Sequence record: MK318083.1
Direction: 5' to 3' (one strand)
Source of the DNA: Aeromonas phage Akh-2
Length of the DNA stretch: 32,000 nt
Of the stretch, positions 9,237 to 21,365 are shown piece after piece. Made by a program: the position numbers and the translations under genes. Under the pieces are notes generated by a model, which saw only the letters and a list, made by a program, of their open reading frames with translations, was not told the origin of the DNA and ran no database searches. How positions within the stretch are numbered: position 1 is the first letter of the stretch; the number at the start of each line of letters is the position of its first letter.

Positions 9237-12100
9237 TCTAGTTCAGTCCAAGTAACAGACTACTCTCCTTTAGAGCCTTCTGCACGAATACGTATACGAT
9301 ATTTTCTATATACACCCAGATTTCCAGTAACTAATCGATAGTCTGCTTTCATATCCTATAACAGATATGTGAAGGTATATAGCCCAGTTATTCTTAAGCT
9401 ACGTACTAGGGTATTGGTCTAATTATAGAACTCAATAACATAGTAAAGAGGTTGTACATACTGTTCATCTGGGGTTTTATCCCACTATAGTTGTAAGTAA
9501 CCACCACCAAAGACAGACTACTCACCGGGTATTCTATTAATAGCACGGAAGTTAGTAATAGGATTTAGGGATTTTGCAGGATTTATCTGCACAGTAAGTA
9601 CCTAAGGCTTACTTCTAACTCCAGAACCTATAACCTATCGTACCTCAAAGGTATAGTTACCTTCGGGAAGATTTACTAGAGGTAGCACTACTTCTTGCAT
9701 ATCTGGGGTGGCCTCTACTACATATGGGTCTATCTTACCAGACTGATATATTGTGTAGTATATTACTCCAGTACTTAGGCTGGGTAGCCATTTTAGATTA
9801 CCATTTAGGCCTATAGCATCTTGGCCTATAGAGATATGAGGGAAGTACTGTAGATTTCTAGGTGGAAGTACGTTAGTACTAATCCCAGGTATTTGGTTAT
9901 TACTGTTATCAGATTGAGGTGAGTTTATGAATACATCTGACTCATATTCAGTTAGTTTCAGCTCAATCATACCTTTAGAATCTGTTTGGATAGACTCTAC
10001 AAAGAAAGTTTTCTCTTGGTAGTTGTACCTATTGTAGGTAATAGTTACTGGGTCATTAGGTAGTAGGTAGAATAGATTGGAATCTGGTCTAATACCCTCT
10101 ATAGCTCTGGAATAGCGAGACTTTTTAAGTTCACGAGCAGCCATGCTTCGAGCTGTGTAGTAATTAGTTATGCCTGGGAAGGTAAGGTTTAGTTTCTTTT
10201 CCCGCATATTATCATCCTACAAATAATTAGCATCATAGAAGCTAACTTGTATTTGATTCCACATATTGGCAGGGTCTGAAATACCCGCACCTACAGTATT
10301 ATATTTTGTTCTACCAGTACTATCAGTAATCCTAATATTACCACCATAAGTATTATCTAAAGATATATTGCACACTGGTGCCTTATCTATTTCCTATGTC
10401 AAGTAATACTTACCGTTAAAGGTGGTAAAAGAAGCCTGTCCCTGACCTAGCATTAGGTTAAAGCAATCAAATACTGGGTTAGCAGTATCTATAGACCAGT
10501 TTGTCTGAACTACTTTTCTATTAGTTTGTTGTGTATTTTCCCAGTTTAGATATCTCCAAAAAGGAACCCATAGAGCGTCATAACTAGTATCTATTACATC
10601 GTACTATTGAGCAACCTCATAAAAGCTGGGAATATCTATCTAGTCTAGTGGGATAGTCTACCCAAAAATAGCGGTAGCGTAATCTAGTATTTGCCAAGCT
10701 AGATTAGATGAGGTTTTTGTGGCGGTGGGTACTAAGTTGGAATCATACACTTTTATCTTTCTACCCTTTACCTCAAACATAACATCTGGTATGTTGTTTC
10801 TATTTTCAGTGATCTCTACCTTCATAACTACATACTAAGTATCTAGTAGCATGTAGTTCTCATTCCAGTATTCTGGGCCTATATTATTTAGAGATTGTAG
10901 GTAGAACTCTTGATTACGGGCCTTATTTACTAATACGGAGGATGCTTGCTGGTTCTTAAAACCATGGTACACCCAAAACTGCATTGTACCATCGTCATCT
11001 TTGAGTATATAGGACTGTCCATGCTGACTAGGCCCCGAAGCTCCGGGAACTGGGTTACCAGAGGAATCTACTGCTAGTATGTTCATAGTATCGCCATTAA
11101 CTCGCTTCCTACCAAAACATACTCGTCCCTCATCATCATCCTAGTCAATACATATTAATGGTTTATCATCTATATGAATATCTAAGAAACCCTCTATCTC
11201 ACCCTCGCACACAGCGTATACAACCCATACAGTATTTGGGTTATTTTTATCAGTATCAGCAAAGATAGGTATACCACCAACAAACTGAGTACCATAGATA
11301 ACAGGAAGATACTTAGCGGAAAGATTAAAAGAAAGGTCAACAGATTTCTCTACTGTCTCATAGTACTCTACTAGATTGTAGTTTTTTCCACCTATTAAAC
11401 CCCCTAAACCACCCTTCTTAGATGCTTGCATCTTATAGCGTTTTTCTTGCTACTGGTATTTGGCTAGAATTTGAGTGCTTTTATCCGCATGGAAGAAACC
11501 AAGGTCATTAGAATACTCCGGCCTTTTAGCTGCGCCCGAAGGTACTAGTTCTCCCTACTGATTGGTTACCAACTAACGATGGCTAGCATCATTAGTAAAT
11601 CTCCCCTACACACGTTCAAAATCATAGAAGTCGTTAGTACATACCCAAGTAATAGAGGAATCACCTAGAGGTGCATCCCTCTTATCCTGAATAGAACCAC
11701 CTTGTATAGTACCCTTAAACCAAATAAAAGGAACATTACCATCCATAATAGGTACGATTTGTCCCTATCTATCAATATACGCTTGATAGATAGTTATCTT
11801 TTTTCCTTGCAAAGAATGCCCATCCTGTAAGAACAAGGAAAGTTGTAGTGTATCTAGTCCGGTAACAACTACGTTTATTTGAGACTAGGCTAATTTAGTA
11901 GTTTGAGTGTAGGAAGAAATACTTTTTAACTGCCCCTACTTATATAAGTTACCTTTAAAGGTAATAGAAGTTGCATAATCAGTACAGTATAGTTTTGTAG
12001 TACCGCCGGCACTAGGCAACTCCATCTCTACTAAATTTGCTACTTGTCTATGCGGATTCTACTAAAAGAAAGAATCAGCAGAAGGTAATACTTGCCTCAT
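9233..12100 (-). CDS. Tip attachment protein J-like, N-terminal/central part, 955 aa (TAG=Gln)
   Basis: MRQVLPSADSFFQQNPHRQVANLVEMELPSAGGTTKLYCTDYATSITFKGN...ERVQGRFTND...KGGLGGLIGGKNYNLVEYYETVEKSVDLSFNLSAKYLPVIYGTQFVGGIPIF...; stop TGA overlaps the ATG of the next ORF (ATGA). Confidence 0.8.
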
Positions 12101-12705
12101 TATATACTCTCCCTAAGTTCTAGACTTATACCCTCAGCATAATAGCCATCTGAGTTATACACTCCACCAGATATTGGCTAACTTCTATCTACGAACTCCA
12201 TACTAAAATTAATACCAGTAAACTTAACTAAAGTTCCGTTAGGTACAGACATTCGTAATGCTGGGAAAAAGTTTATAGTTAGCGTAGAACCCTATATTGA
12301 ATAATCTGTAATTCTATATACTTTATCATGGTTCTAAAATTGCAGCATAAACCCTTGTTTTGGTAGCGATTGCATACCTACAGTAGACACGTTTAAGGAA
12401 GTTACTGTAGTCTACAACACCTAGTAATTACTAAGTTTGAATGTATAGTCCTCATACTGAGGAAGCCATACAAATAATTTTTCCCCTCTTTGTATAGTTT
12501 TATCTATCTACTAACTTAAAATGTTATACTCAGAAGCTAGCATGTCAGAGTACCCCAATGTAAGTTTCCAATAATGCTCACCCGAGGTAACGGATAATAC
12601 TTTAGTATTAGGCATTGAATCCTGCATAACTGGTTGTACTGATTGTAGGTCGGAGGAGGAGAACCCAGGAGCACCCGGATTATTGATTGGATCTGGCAGT
12701 TGCAT
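12100..12705 (-). CDS. Minor tail protein, 201 aa (TAG=Gln)
   Basis: MQLPDPINNPGAPGFSSSDLQSVQPVMQDSMPNTKVLSVTSGEHYWKLTLGYSDMLASEYNILSQQIDKTIQRGEKLFVWLPQYEDYTFKL...LELRESI*; AGGGGATG RBS-like; sits between tape measure and tip genes. Confidence 0.7.
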
Positions 12706-12752
12706 TATTCATCCCCTAAATGGCTATATAGCCTAAATAACTCTATGAACTA

Positions 12753-12781
12753 AGTATAGCAATTTATAAGAATTAGTACAA
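12753..12781 (-). promoter_or_regulatory. Possible sigma70-type promoter for the distal tail operon
   Basis: Minus strand TTGTAC - 17 nt - TATACT, immediately downstream of a terminator and 48 nt upstream of the CDS starting at 12705. Confidence 0.35.
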
Positions 12782-12799
12782 GATATTTTATAATATATA

Positions 12800-12826
12800 A
12801 AGAAAAGGAGGGCAATTGCCCTCCTG
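12800..12826 (-). terminator. Intrinsic terminator downstream of the tape measure gene
   Basis: Perfect palindrome GGAGGGCAATTGCCCTCC (12807-12824) followed on the minus strand by TTTTCTTT. Confidence 0.8.
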
Positions 12827-12829
12827 TAA

Positions 12830-15800
12830 TTAATTGCGGAATAATGAGTTACCAGTACTATTGAGTTTATGCTCTAGAGTACCAGAAAGTATATCGCTAT
12901 TTTTAGCTAGGAAGGCCTCAAAGGATTCCTAATCCATAGCTTGTATAACAAATACATTACCCCCAGCACCGCCGCTGGAACTAACTTTGTTCTACTAAGT
13001 AATAGTAGCTGGAGTATCAAAAGAAACTACTTCCGCCCCGTTTTCACCAACCATAACAGAATGGTTTGCTGGAGCTCTATTACCAACCTAACGAGGTTTA
13101 AAGTTAGAAGCATTACCAACACCATTACCACCTTGTATATATGCTAACTCTCCCGCAGAAGCAGATTTGGAAACATCTATACGGTTGTCACGCTCACCTA
13201 GAGATAGGGAAGGTACCGAACCTTCACTTACACTTGGTACGCTGGAACCTGATTGCTAAGATTTCAACGCAGCCATACCCATTAACTAGGTTGTAGCAGC
13301 CATAGCGTAAGAGATAGGTGGTGGTAAACTAGCTAGTGCCTGAGTAATACCCATAGCAGTTTGCATAACTATTTGTTGAGTAGCTGCTTTCTTTTGCTAC
13401 TAGGCTTTTTCAGCCTCTAGTTTTTGTATCTTCTTCAAAGACTCAGCTGACTTACCATCACGTTGCTTTTCAGCAGCGATTTGTTCATCATAACCAGAGA
13501 TTGTCTGTTGAGCTGCGTAGTTTAGCATAGAAGCTACTGTGGACATTCCCTAAGCTGCTACCTGCTATCCCGTCTAAGCACCTTCACCCATCTAATGGAA
13601 TGCTAGTCCTAAATTAGATACATTAGCAATCATATCTGACATAGCCGGATTATAAGAAGATAGTTCAGAGAAGGACTTATTGATAGCATCCATAGAAGTC
13701 TATAGTTGCTAATCTTTAAGCTACTGGTCTCCAACTTGAGTTGGTGCCTATATGGTAGGTACTGAGCCCTAACTTTGTAGAGCACCTAGGCCTAGATTCA
13801 ATCCTTTTACAGATTCAGCTTTCCTAGCATTTGCCTGCTCTACTTGTAAGTCACGAAGCTCTTGCTGCTGCTTGATAATAGTATCATACGCAGCACCTTC
13901 TTTAGCTAGTTGCTAGATAAACTCCTGCTTAACCCTAACTTGCTCATTAAGAACATCCAGCTCAGATAGGCCCATTTCTTTACCACGTAGGGTTACCTCA
14001 TCCTCCTACGCTTGCATTCTTTTTTCTAGGGCGTCCTGTCTAGCCTTTTGTAGTGCTATGGCCTAGTCGTTTTGTTCTTGCTGTATAGCTAGAATTTCTT
14101 GTTCAGTAGCACCATATTCTTTTGCAGTTTTAAGCTTTTGCTCGTAGATTTTTATAGACCTTTCTAAGAAGGTAATCTCAGCCTGACTCTCCTAGTTCTT
14201 TACAGTACTTAGAGAACTGATCAAAAACTCTTGCTTAGCTATTTCCGCACTACTCATAGCTATCTAGTTAGTACGTTCCTAAATTTGTTGCTTTAGGCTA
14301 CGTATGGATTCTAACTACTTAACTTCTTCTAGCTAACCCTACTACTGCTCCTCAGGTTTCATCATGCCCTAGTTCTGGGCATTAATCTATTTCAAGTTCT
14401 CCAGTCTCTTCTCTTCAAGCTAGAGTTGAGTTCGTAGTGGGTCCTAGTTATTAAGTATTTGCTGAATAGCCTAAGATTGCTGCAAAGCGTCACGATGTTC
14501 ATAAGCCTACTGATTAGACTGCTTAATCAAGTCTCGGCGTTGAGCTTCTAGTTTTATATTTTCCTATTTAGCATCTAGTACTTCTTTTTCTGTATACAGT
14601 AAAGTTTCAGTACCATCTTTCTAGGTAAAAGTCTAGTTTGCTATAATCTTCTCATTTTCAGCACGCTGACGAGCGTTTTCCTATAGCTAAGCTCCTTCAC
14701 CAGCAGTATACTGTAGGTTCTTCTAGATAGTCTAAGAGTCAATCTAAGTAGTTCGTACCTAGTTCTTAGCATTTTCAGTTACTTCAGCAAACTACTACTA
14801 CTTCTTAACCAGCTCGTCCATAGAACTAACGTTATTAGTTTTAAAGATTTGCTCCATGCTCTTAGCAGCTTGCTCCTACTCATTTGAACCAAGTCTCTAG
14901 TTCTACATAACCTTTTGTTGCTATTTAGCAGCATTTATAGCATTATTAAGGCTAGCTAGTGGCTTTTCTATCTATAGTTCTGGTAGTTTGTTATTTATAG
15001 CAAAACCTTGCATGATTTCGCCAGATTCTTTTAAAGATGCTCGGGTACTTTCAAACTAGTTTCGTGCCTCAATCTAAGCTCTCTACTACTCTTGTGAGCC
15101 TGCTTTGAATTTAGATTGACTACCAACAATGCGCTTATACTCTGCGTCCTGTGCGGCTATAGACTGAGTTAAACTCTTCATATCCTAGGTTAATCTATTA
15201 ATAGATAGAGCCTAATCGATTTTCTGTGCTATAGAAGCATCCTCAGAGTCATAGACTTTCTTCTACTGAGCAAGCTCTTGTTGCATTAACTAGTATTTAT
15301 CACGAGACTACTGCAGACCTTTATCGTCAATTTGCAACTTATATACTTGCTGCATGTTTCCCTTATTGTACTACTCGGTCTGGGATTTTCTTAGATTATC
15401 TAGTTTTTCTACAAATTTATCAGTATCGGTGGTAGCTAGGCCAGAAGCAACAGCACTAGCTGCTGGTTCTAAGAAAGAAGCCAGCCATTTTTGTCCTGAT
15501 TTAGTAGCTTGGTCAATTTCAGCACTTAGACGTTCCCATCCAGTTGCCCTCATTTGTTTATCTAGGTATCCAAAACGTTGAGTAGATTCTTGGATTACAG
15601 CATTAGCGTATGCTTGTTGTTTTTGATAACCAGATAGGGAAGCTGCTGTTACACCCAATGATTTAGCGTATTTATCGTATGCTTCATTAAGTCTTACAGT
15701 AATACCAAGTTCATCCAATAGTTCAATTTCTAGCTTAGATACACCACGTATTACACGGTTCATCTAGTCATCTAGGTCTACACCTAGAGCTACAGAAGCC

Positions 15801-16648
15801 CTACGAGCAGCCAATGTAAATTGTTCTACTTGATCTGGGGAGAAGCCATATGCTGAAGCTTGGGAAGCTTTTAGCATTGCACTCTCAAATCCAATAGCAT
15901 AGCCGGTAGCTTCTTGCATAATATCGGCTAGAGAAGATAGTTGTACACCCTGTTCTGAACCAATTACTTTGTTGATTTTTTCTAGACGATTTAGCCTATC
16001 ACCAGCAGCTAGTTGTTCATAGGCTGATGTAAGGGCATAAACGTTAGCAGCTATAACAGCGTAAAGAGTAGGAAGTGGTCCAGCTATTTTTGCAAGGTCC
16101 TAGAAGCTACGCGTAGCATTCTTGGACTTGCGGTTCATACCTTCTATACCTTTAGAAGCCTTATTAGCAGCAGGTTCCACGTCAGAAATCTTACTACCTA
16201 GGTCTTTTACACTGGCAGCAGTCTTACCTGTTTGCTTATCTACTTTACGTAGAGGGTCAAGTAGTCTTTCCAAGGTTATAACTACTTCGTCATTACCTTG
16301 TCTAGCAATAGTGGCGTATTTCTCAAATTCGGTGGTTAATTCACCAATTACCCCTTCTACTTCCTGTATAGCCTAAACTACCCCATCAAAGTAGTCAGCC
16401 ATATTAGCATCAGAGCCTATATTTTCTAGACTATTTGCAAGGCCTCTAGAAAGTTTACGAGCCTCGGTTAACTAGATGTTTGTATATTGAAGTTGTTCGT
16501 TAAGAAGTTCAGCACCCTCAGCAGAGTCCATCATCCTCTCACCAAGCTGTTCCTAGTCTCTTGTAGCCTGTTTTAGTGCCCTACTATTCACTTTGATGAC
16601 TAGTTCTTCTAATAGTTGGGCCTTACTGGTACTCTTTTTAGAGGCCAT
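12830..16648 (-). CDS. Tape measure protein, about 1272 aa (TAG=Gln, many TAG)
   Basis: Start ATG (RBS AGGAG) and stop TAA are in the same frame as track ORF 15371-15763 (MNRVIRGVSKLEIELLDELGITVRLNEAYDKYAKSLG...). C-term ...NHSVMVGENGAEVVSFDTPATITQQNKVSSSGGAGGNVFVIQAMDQESFEAFLAKNSDILSGTLEHKLNSTGNSLFRN*. Size and position fit a tape measure. Confidence 0.85.
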
Positions 16649-16664
16649 TACGTACTCCTGATAT

Positions 16665-16692
16665 GAAAAAAGCCTCGAAGAAACTTCGAGGC
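16665..16692 (-). terminator. Intrinsic terminator just upstream of the tape measure gene
   Basis: Minus strand GCCTCGAAG TTT CTTCGAGGC TTTTTTC; 9-bp perfect stem (16672-16692) plus U-tract. Confidence 0.75.
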
Positions 16693-16723
16693 CCCAATAA
16701 AATATCGGTAAATGTGGAGGAAA

Positions 16724-17137
16724 TTACTTTTTACCAACAGTCCTGTTATTGCGTTTAGCCTACCTACTAGCCTATTCTCTGGATTTACGAATAGGTTCTT
16801 CATCTATTATATTTATCATTTCTAGTACAGTTATTTGCCAAGACTTTGGTACTTCAAATATTTGGAAGAGGATGCTTAGATTACTTATATCCTTGCCTGT
16901 ATATATAGGGGCGGACATACCGGGAACTAGGAAAGTATCCTGCATCTGGTTGTAGATTTCTACAGCTAACTGAGCCTCTTCAGACAACTCAGAGAACTCA
17001 ATAGGTTTCTTGGAGTAATCAGGTTCTTGCTCTAGTTCTTTACATACTAATAAGTACTTCTCCCATGTTAGTCCTAAATTAGCCTTCTATGTTAGGTACT
17101 TTCTAAGATTCTCCCTCTACTTCTCCAGTCGGTTCAT
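16724..17137 (-). CDS. Tail assembly chaperone-like downstream ORF (gpGT-T-like position), 137 aa (TAG=Gln)
   Basis: MNRLEKQRENLRKYLTQKANLGLTWEKYLLVCKELEQEPDYSKKPIEFSELSEEAQLAVEIYNQMQDTFLVPGM...REQASRQAKRNNRTVGKK*; overlaps the upstream ORF in another frame, directly 5' of the tape measure. Confidence 0.7.
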
Positions 17138-17528
17138 TTCGAAACTGGTCTATGGAGTGTACCACCGTAGCCACCCAGTCCTCGAAAGGTTTGAAGTTCT
17201 CATAAAGGAACAAAGCGTTTTCTTCGCAGTATTCAACCTCGGTATCAAGGTCCTAGGTCTCATCTACTAGCATCCAGTCCTTTAGGTGACGTAGAGTTAG
17301 TCCTTTCCAACCACGAATAGTTTGTTTTACAAAGTTAGTGGAAAATTTTTCACCATCAAATTCTTGATAAGTTTTTCCATCCTCGTCTACTTTAGTAACA
17401 TAACCTTCTCTAATATTCTTAGACTAGGCTTTACGACCTTGGTAGCACAGTTCAAACTCTACCCCAGGGAAAATGCCCCAAGTAAACGCCTTTATACGTT
17501 CTACCTATACTGTATTTTTAAGTAACAT
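17079..17528 (-). CDS. Tail assembly chaperone-like upstream ORF (gpG-like position), 149 aa (TAG=Gln)
   Basis: MLLKNTVQVERIKAFTWGIFPGVEFELCYQGRKAQSKNIREGYVTKVDEDGKTYQEFDGEKFSTNFVKQTIRGWKGL...VVHSIDQFRNEPAGEVEGESQKVPNIEG*; RBS AAGGAGG. Confidence 0.7.
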
Positions 17529-18415
17529 TATACTTTATCCTCCTTCGGCCCTATTATTTCTATTGTATTATGGGCCTGAAAATCCCAGTACATAGTATGT
17601 ACTGCCTATAGTGATAGCCGTTTGGTAGCTGTACCTCCGGCCTATTTAACGATTAGCCCAGACTGGGAAATCTCTAAATCTGTGTGAGTACTATGTGGCA
17701 TCAGTAAACGCTCTTTAGTCACATATTCTTGAATAGATGCACCTAAACTGGAATCTGATAGCAGTACTGTACCTGATTGTATTACTTGGTCTACATTAAA
17801 GCAGTTGGCCACGTTATTAAGGATATTTAGAGTTCTCTGGAATGTTACGGACTATCCTATCTAACTCTAAACGTAACCTGAAATACGGGATTCTACTGCC
17901 CCAGGAAGCATATGCTTACCCTGCTATTTAATATTGGTAGGTATTATATTAGTATCTACAACATCTAAGGACTTAGCTTGTAGGGATACTGTGAACTGTC
18001 CAACTTTATCCAACTAAAATGGCATATCAATACTCTCTACAGAACAGTCCATTAAAACAAATGAACCCTACTAGCTTTGAATATAAATATTGCCTCTAGG
18101 CTAATGTCTGCCTATTGGTTCGGGGTAGGTTAGAGTTAAACGTCTAGGAAATATTTCTTTAAATCCTGCCATTCTAAAAAATACTGATTCTGGGAAGCCT
18201 TTAGTGATATATGAAGTAATAGTTATTGAGGTGCTAGCTACTTGTCTTGCTGATAGTATATCTGGGCTGTATCCAAATATGCTTTTTCTACTGGGACCAC
18301 TCAAAGTTATTTGAGTGTCTCCCTATATTTCAGTTATAGCATCTAACAATAGCCATTGACCTTCAAACTCTAATGCGACTTTAGAATCATATAGCATTAA
18401 GGGGTTCTTAGTCAT
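17528..18415 (-). CDS. Phage tail protein of unknown function, 295 aa (TAG=Gln)
   Basis: MTKNPLMLYDSKVALEFEGQWLLLDAITEIQGDTQITLSGPSRKSIFGYSPDILSARQVASTSITITSYITKGFPES...GPKEDKV*; TAA overlaps the next ATG. Confidence 0.7.
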
Positions 18416-18431
18416 AAATATCCTTTAGAAT

Positions 18432-18450
18432 GTGGGGCATTGCGCCCCAC
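18432..18450 (-). terminator. Strong hairpin without clear U-tract after the major tail gene (weak terminator or RNA-stabilising element)
   Basis: Minus strand GTGGGGC GCAAT GCCCCAC, located between the TAA of the major tail gene and the next start. Confidence 0.45.
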
Positions 18451-18458
18451 AGAAGTTA

Positions 18459-19598
18459 TTAGACTACAGTTACAAAACCGGTGTTAAGGAACTGGTCAAT
18501 CTTAGTTTGGTTAAGGTCAGGAGCCATGCAGAAGCGAACTTCGTCACCAGAGGACATATCTGTGCCCATACCCTTAAACTCAATGTTAAGACCCATAGCA
18601 TCTTCTGTTTGTAGTTCTGGTACAGACAGGTGTGCTTTAGGTAGATGTACTACAATGCCCGGAACCTGAGAAGCAGCGTAGTAACCACCAATCATAAGCT
18701 GTAGCTTATGAGAGTTTACCTAACCAGTACTTTGGGTTAGCTTCTTCCAAAGATCAGAGGAACCATTAGCTATATCATTTAGATAGCATTCTAGGCTACC
18801 AGTTACTTCCAAACCACCAGTAAAGTATCCAATTGGACGGTCAACACGGTTTAGGGTGTTAGGAGTTAGGTAACTGATGTTGTTAGAAATGGTGATAGTA
18901 GCACCAGTAATACCAATCTTATCGTAAGTAACACCACCAGAAGCGTTATCTACAATCTTAAGAATAGAGAGTTTATTCTTAATATAAGAAGGTTGCAGAC
19001 GTATGAACTCAGCATCACTAATACCAAGAGTATTAGGGTCAAAAGGTTGTGCTGGCAGAGCTTCAATCAAACCAGCGTTACCAGACCAAGTAATACGAGC
19101 GATATCAGAAATATCTACGTTGATTTCAGCAGTATTTACCTACAGGTTTTCCGCTTTAAACCATACGGAGTCTACAAGCATAAACAGGTGGGCCTTAGCC
19201 AGTTCGTGATACTAGCTATCCTTGAAGGATACCACTTGGTTCATCTTATCTTGGAATACACCTTTTTCCTTAACTGCGGGGTTAAAGGCAGAACCAGAGG
19301 ACAAACAGTGCCATAGAATAGCATCAGGTGTGCTTACTTTAGCACCCACATCAGCCGCATGGATTGGAAGAATATAGTTAGAGAAAGTCCACTCACCCGG
19401 GTCGATAGCGTCAGTAAAACGACGAGAACCACGGATAGGCTATGGGCCTGCCTCATCTAGTGTAATGTCGGTGTTTGAGGAGGTCTGTCCAAAAGACAGG
19501 TCATCACCGACTAGGATTTCAAAGGTGTTTGCCGCTGTGAACCCAGTCAAAACTGTGGACACGAACACCCTGGTGTTACGTAGTAACTGAACGGACAT
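18459..19598 (-). CDS. Major tail tube protein, 379 aa (TAG=Gln, few TAG)
   Basis: MSVQLLRNTRVFVSTVLTGFTAANTFEILVGDDLSFGQTSSNTDITLDEAGPQPIRGSRRFTDAIDPGEWTFSNYILPI...; size, genomic position (connector block / MTP / chaperones / TMP) and an RBS (AGGAG) support the call. Confidence 0.75.
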
Positions 19599-19607
19599 TA
19601 TTGCTCC

Positions 19608-20088
19608 TTAAATAATTCTACCGTCTTCACAGTATTGTAGAGACAGTGATAATTCACCAATGGCAAGAGGCCTCAGAACACCTTCATCGGTTGTGACACT
19701 CTGAAGTTTGTCTATGGTAACGAAGCGATCTTCTTGGCTACCATCAGGATTAGTTATAGTATACTTGATACGTTCTGGGGTATCAAGAATTTTTTTAAGG
19801 TCTGTAATAAGTTGCTGGATTAGCCTTTCCTAATCATACTCATCTTTCACATACGCGCGTATATAGATTAGTTGGTGGGTCCACCTAACTCCACTAGGTT
19901 GATAGGTATAACTCTCAGGCCCAGGGGTTACAGTAACCATAGGGAAACTAGGTACATCATTCATTAAGTAAGACCTAGTTGCCGTATTGTTATAAAGATT
20001 TGTGAAATATTTAGTGCCCTAGTTAGCTTCAGAGAGTTCCTCTCCTACTTTACTAGCCAATGAACTGCATATATCTATTGCTGACATT
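19608..20088 (-). CDS. Tail terminator/completion-like protein with an apparent 1-nt frame discontinuity near 20035-20050
   Basis: ATG 20088 with strong upstream GGAGGAGG gives MSAIDICSSLASKVGGGTL*. The main body, ELSEANQGTKYFTNLYNNTATRSYLMNDVPSFPMVTVTPGPESYTYQPSGVRWTHQLIYIRAYVKDEYDQERLIQQLITDLKKILDTPERIKYT...CEDGRII*, lies in the neighbouring frame to TAA 19608. The span is 481 nt. Confidence 0.55.
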
Positions 20089-20830
20089 AACCTGACCTCC
20101 TCCAGTGTTGTTTGATATCAAGCTTATAACGTCTGATACCTAACTGAGTAGCCTATTTTTGTAGCTAATCAGTTATTAATTTTTGTGGGTTACGCTAGTT
20201 ACTGGATAAACCTCTGTAAGAAGAAACCTAGGGGTCAAATACAGAGTACGGTCTAACCATATAAGTAAAAAATATTGATAACGTATCATTCTTTAAGGTA
20301 AGTGGTTTCAGGTCAATACTATACTAAAATCTACCTGTCTGGTATTTTAACTATGCAGTTGGGGATTTCATATCCTATACTACATTAGCAATAGTAGCTA
20401 GCTTTAAAGCATTTCGTAAGTTTATCTCTGAAATAAACTTACCTTTACCATCTCTTAAAGCTTGGTCTGATTTCTGTTTCCTATACCTACTGTACTTTCC
20501 TATGTTGGTAGATACAGTAGAGGTTACCTTGGACTTGCCTTTAGCTTGGGCTAGCCCTATCTAGCCTAGTATACGTTCCATAACTCCTAGGTCGCCCTCT
20601 ACTATAGAGTCCTAAACCGAGGAGATTATATTATTTATTGTCTATTGGTCATTACGTACAGGTTTCTTAAAAGAGAATTTAATTTCTGCACGTGATTCTG
20701 TAGGATCTCTAGAGTCTGCTAGCGTAATAGATTCTTTAGCATCTATTCTGCCGTTATCACGAGCAATATCTTCATCCTCTTCTACCTATAGGCCTCCCAA
20801 TAATTTTTCGGTAAGAAACTTACTGGCCAT
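20051..20830 (-). CDS. Head-tail joining/virion protein, 259 aa (TAG=Gln)
   Basis: MASKFLTEKLLGGLQVEEDEDIARDNGRIDAKESITLADSRDPTESRAEIKFSFKKPVRNDQQTINNIISSVQDSIVEGDLG...VNVSNRYMQFIGQ*; RBS AGGAG. Confidence 0.7.
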
Positions 20831-20831
20831 A

Positions 20832-21350
20832 TTATCTCCTATATAGATCTAGTATAGATTTCACATGAGAGGGTATATAGCTTACACTATCAAAGTTTAT
20901 AGCTTCTCCACCCTACTAAATAGAAGATTTATATTCTTGCTTATGATAAAACTTAGCTAATTCCATTACAGCCACCTTTAGTGCCTATAGTCCAGGTATC
21001 TACTCTGCAGTGGTTTTATATTTACAGGTTATAGTTACTGTACCAGATACTTCTTTAGAAAGAACAATCATATATCCACGTACAATAGACCCAGTAACAT
21101 CAGTTTCAGCACCATTAACTAGTACTTTTTCTACTGTATCTAGATTCAACTCATCTACTACTAATCTATTATTAGGTAAGGGTAGATAGTCAACTATGTC
21201 TACTGTAGCATCCACAGGAGCCTCGGTAGATATATTAGTATAGTCAGATACAAACTAATTAGCCATATTCAGTAGGTTAGTTAGTTTAGCATCTTCCGTC
21301 TATGTAGTTATAGCTAAGTAGGTTTTTAATTCAGGAAGTGTTGCAAACAT
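20832..21350 (-). CDS. Head-tail connector protein (gp6-like), 172 aa (TAG=Gln)
   Basis: MFATLPELKTYLAITTQTEDAKLTNLLNMANQFVSDYTNISTEAPVDATVDIVDYLPLPNNRLVVDELNLDTVEKVLVNG...QIPGLQALKVAVMELAKFYHKQEYKSSIQQGGEAINFDSVSYIPSHVKSILDLYRR*. Confidence 0.75.
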
Positions 21351-21365
21351 TATTGCCTCCTCACA

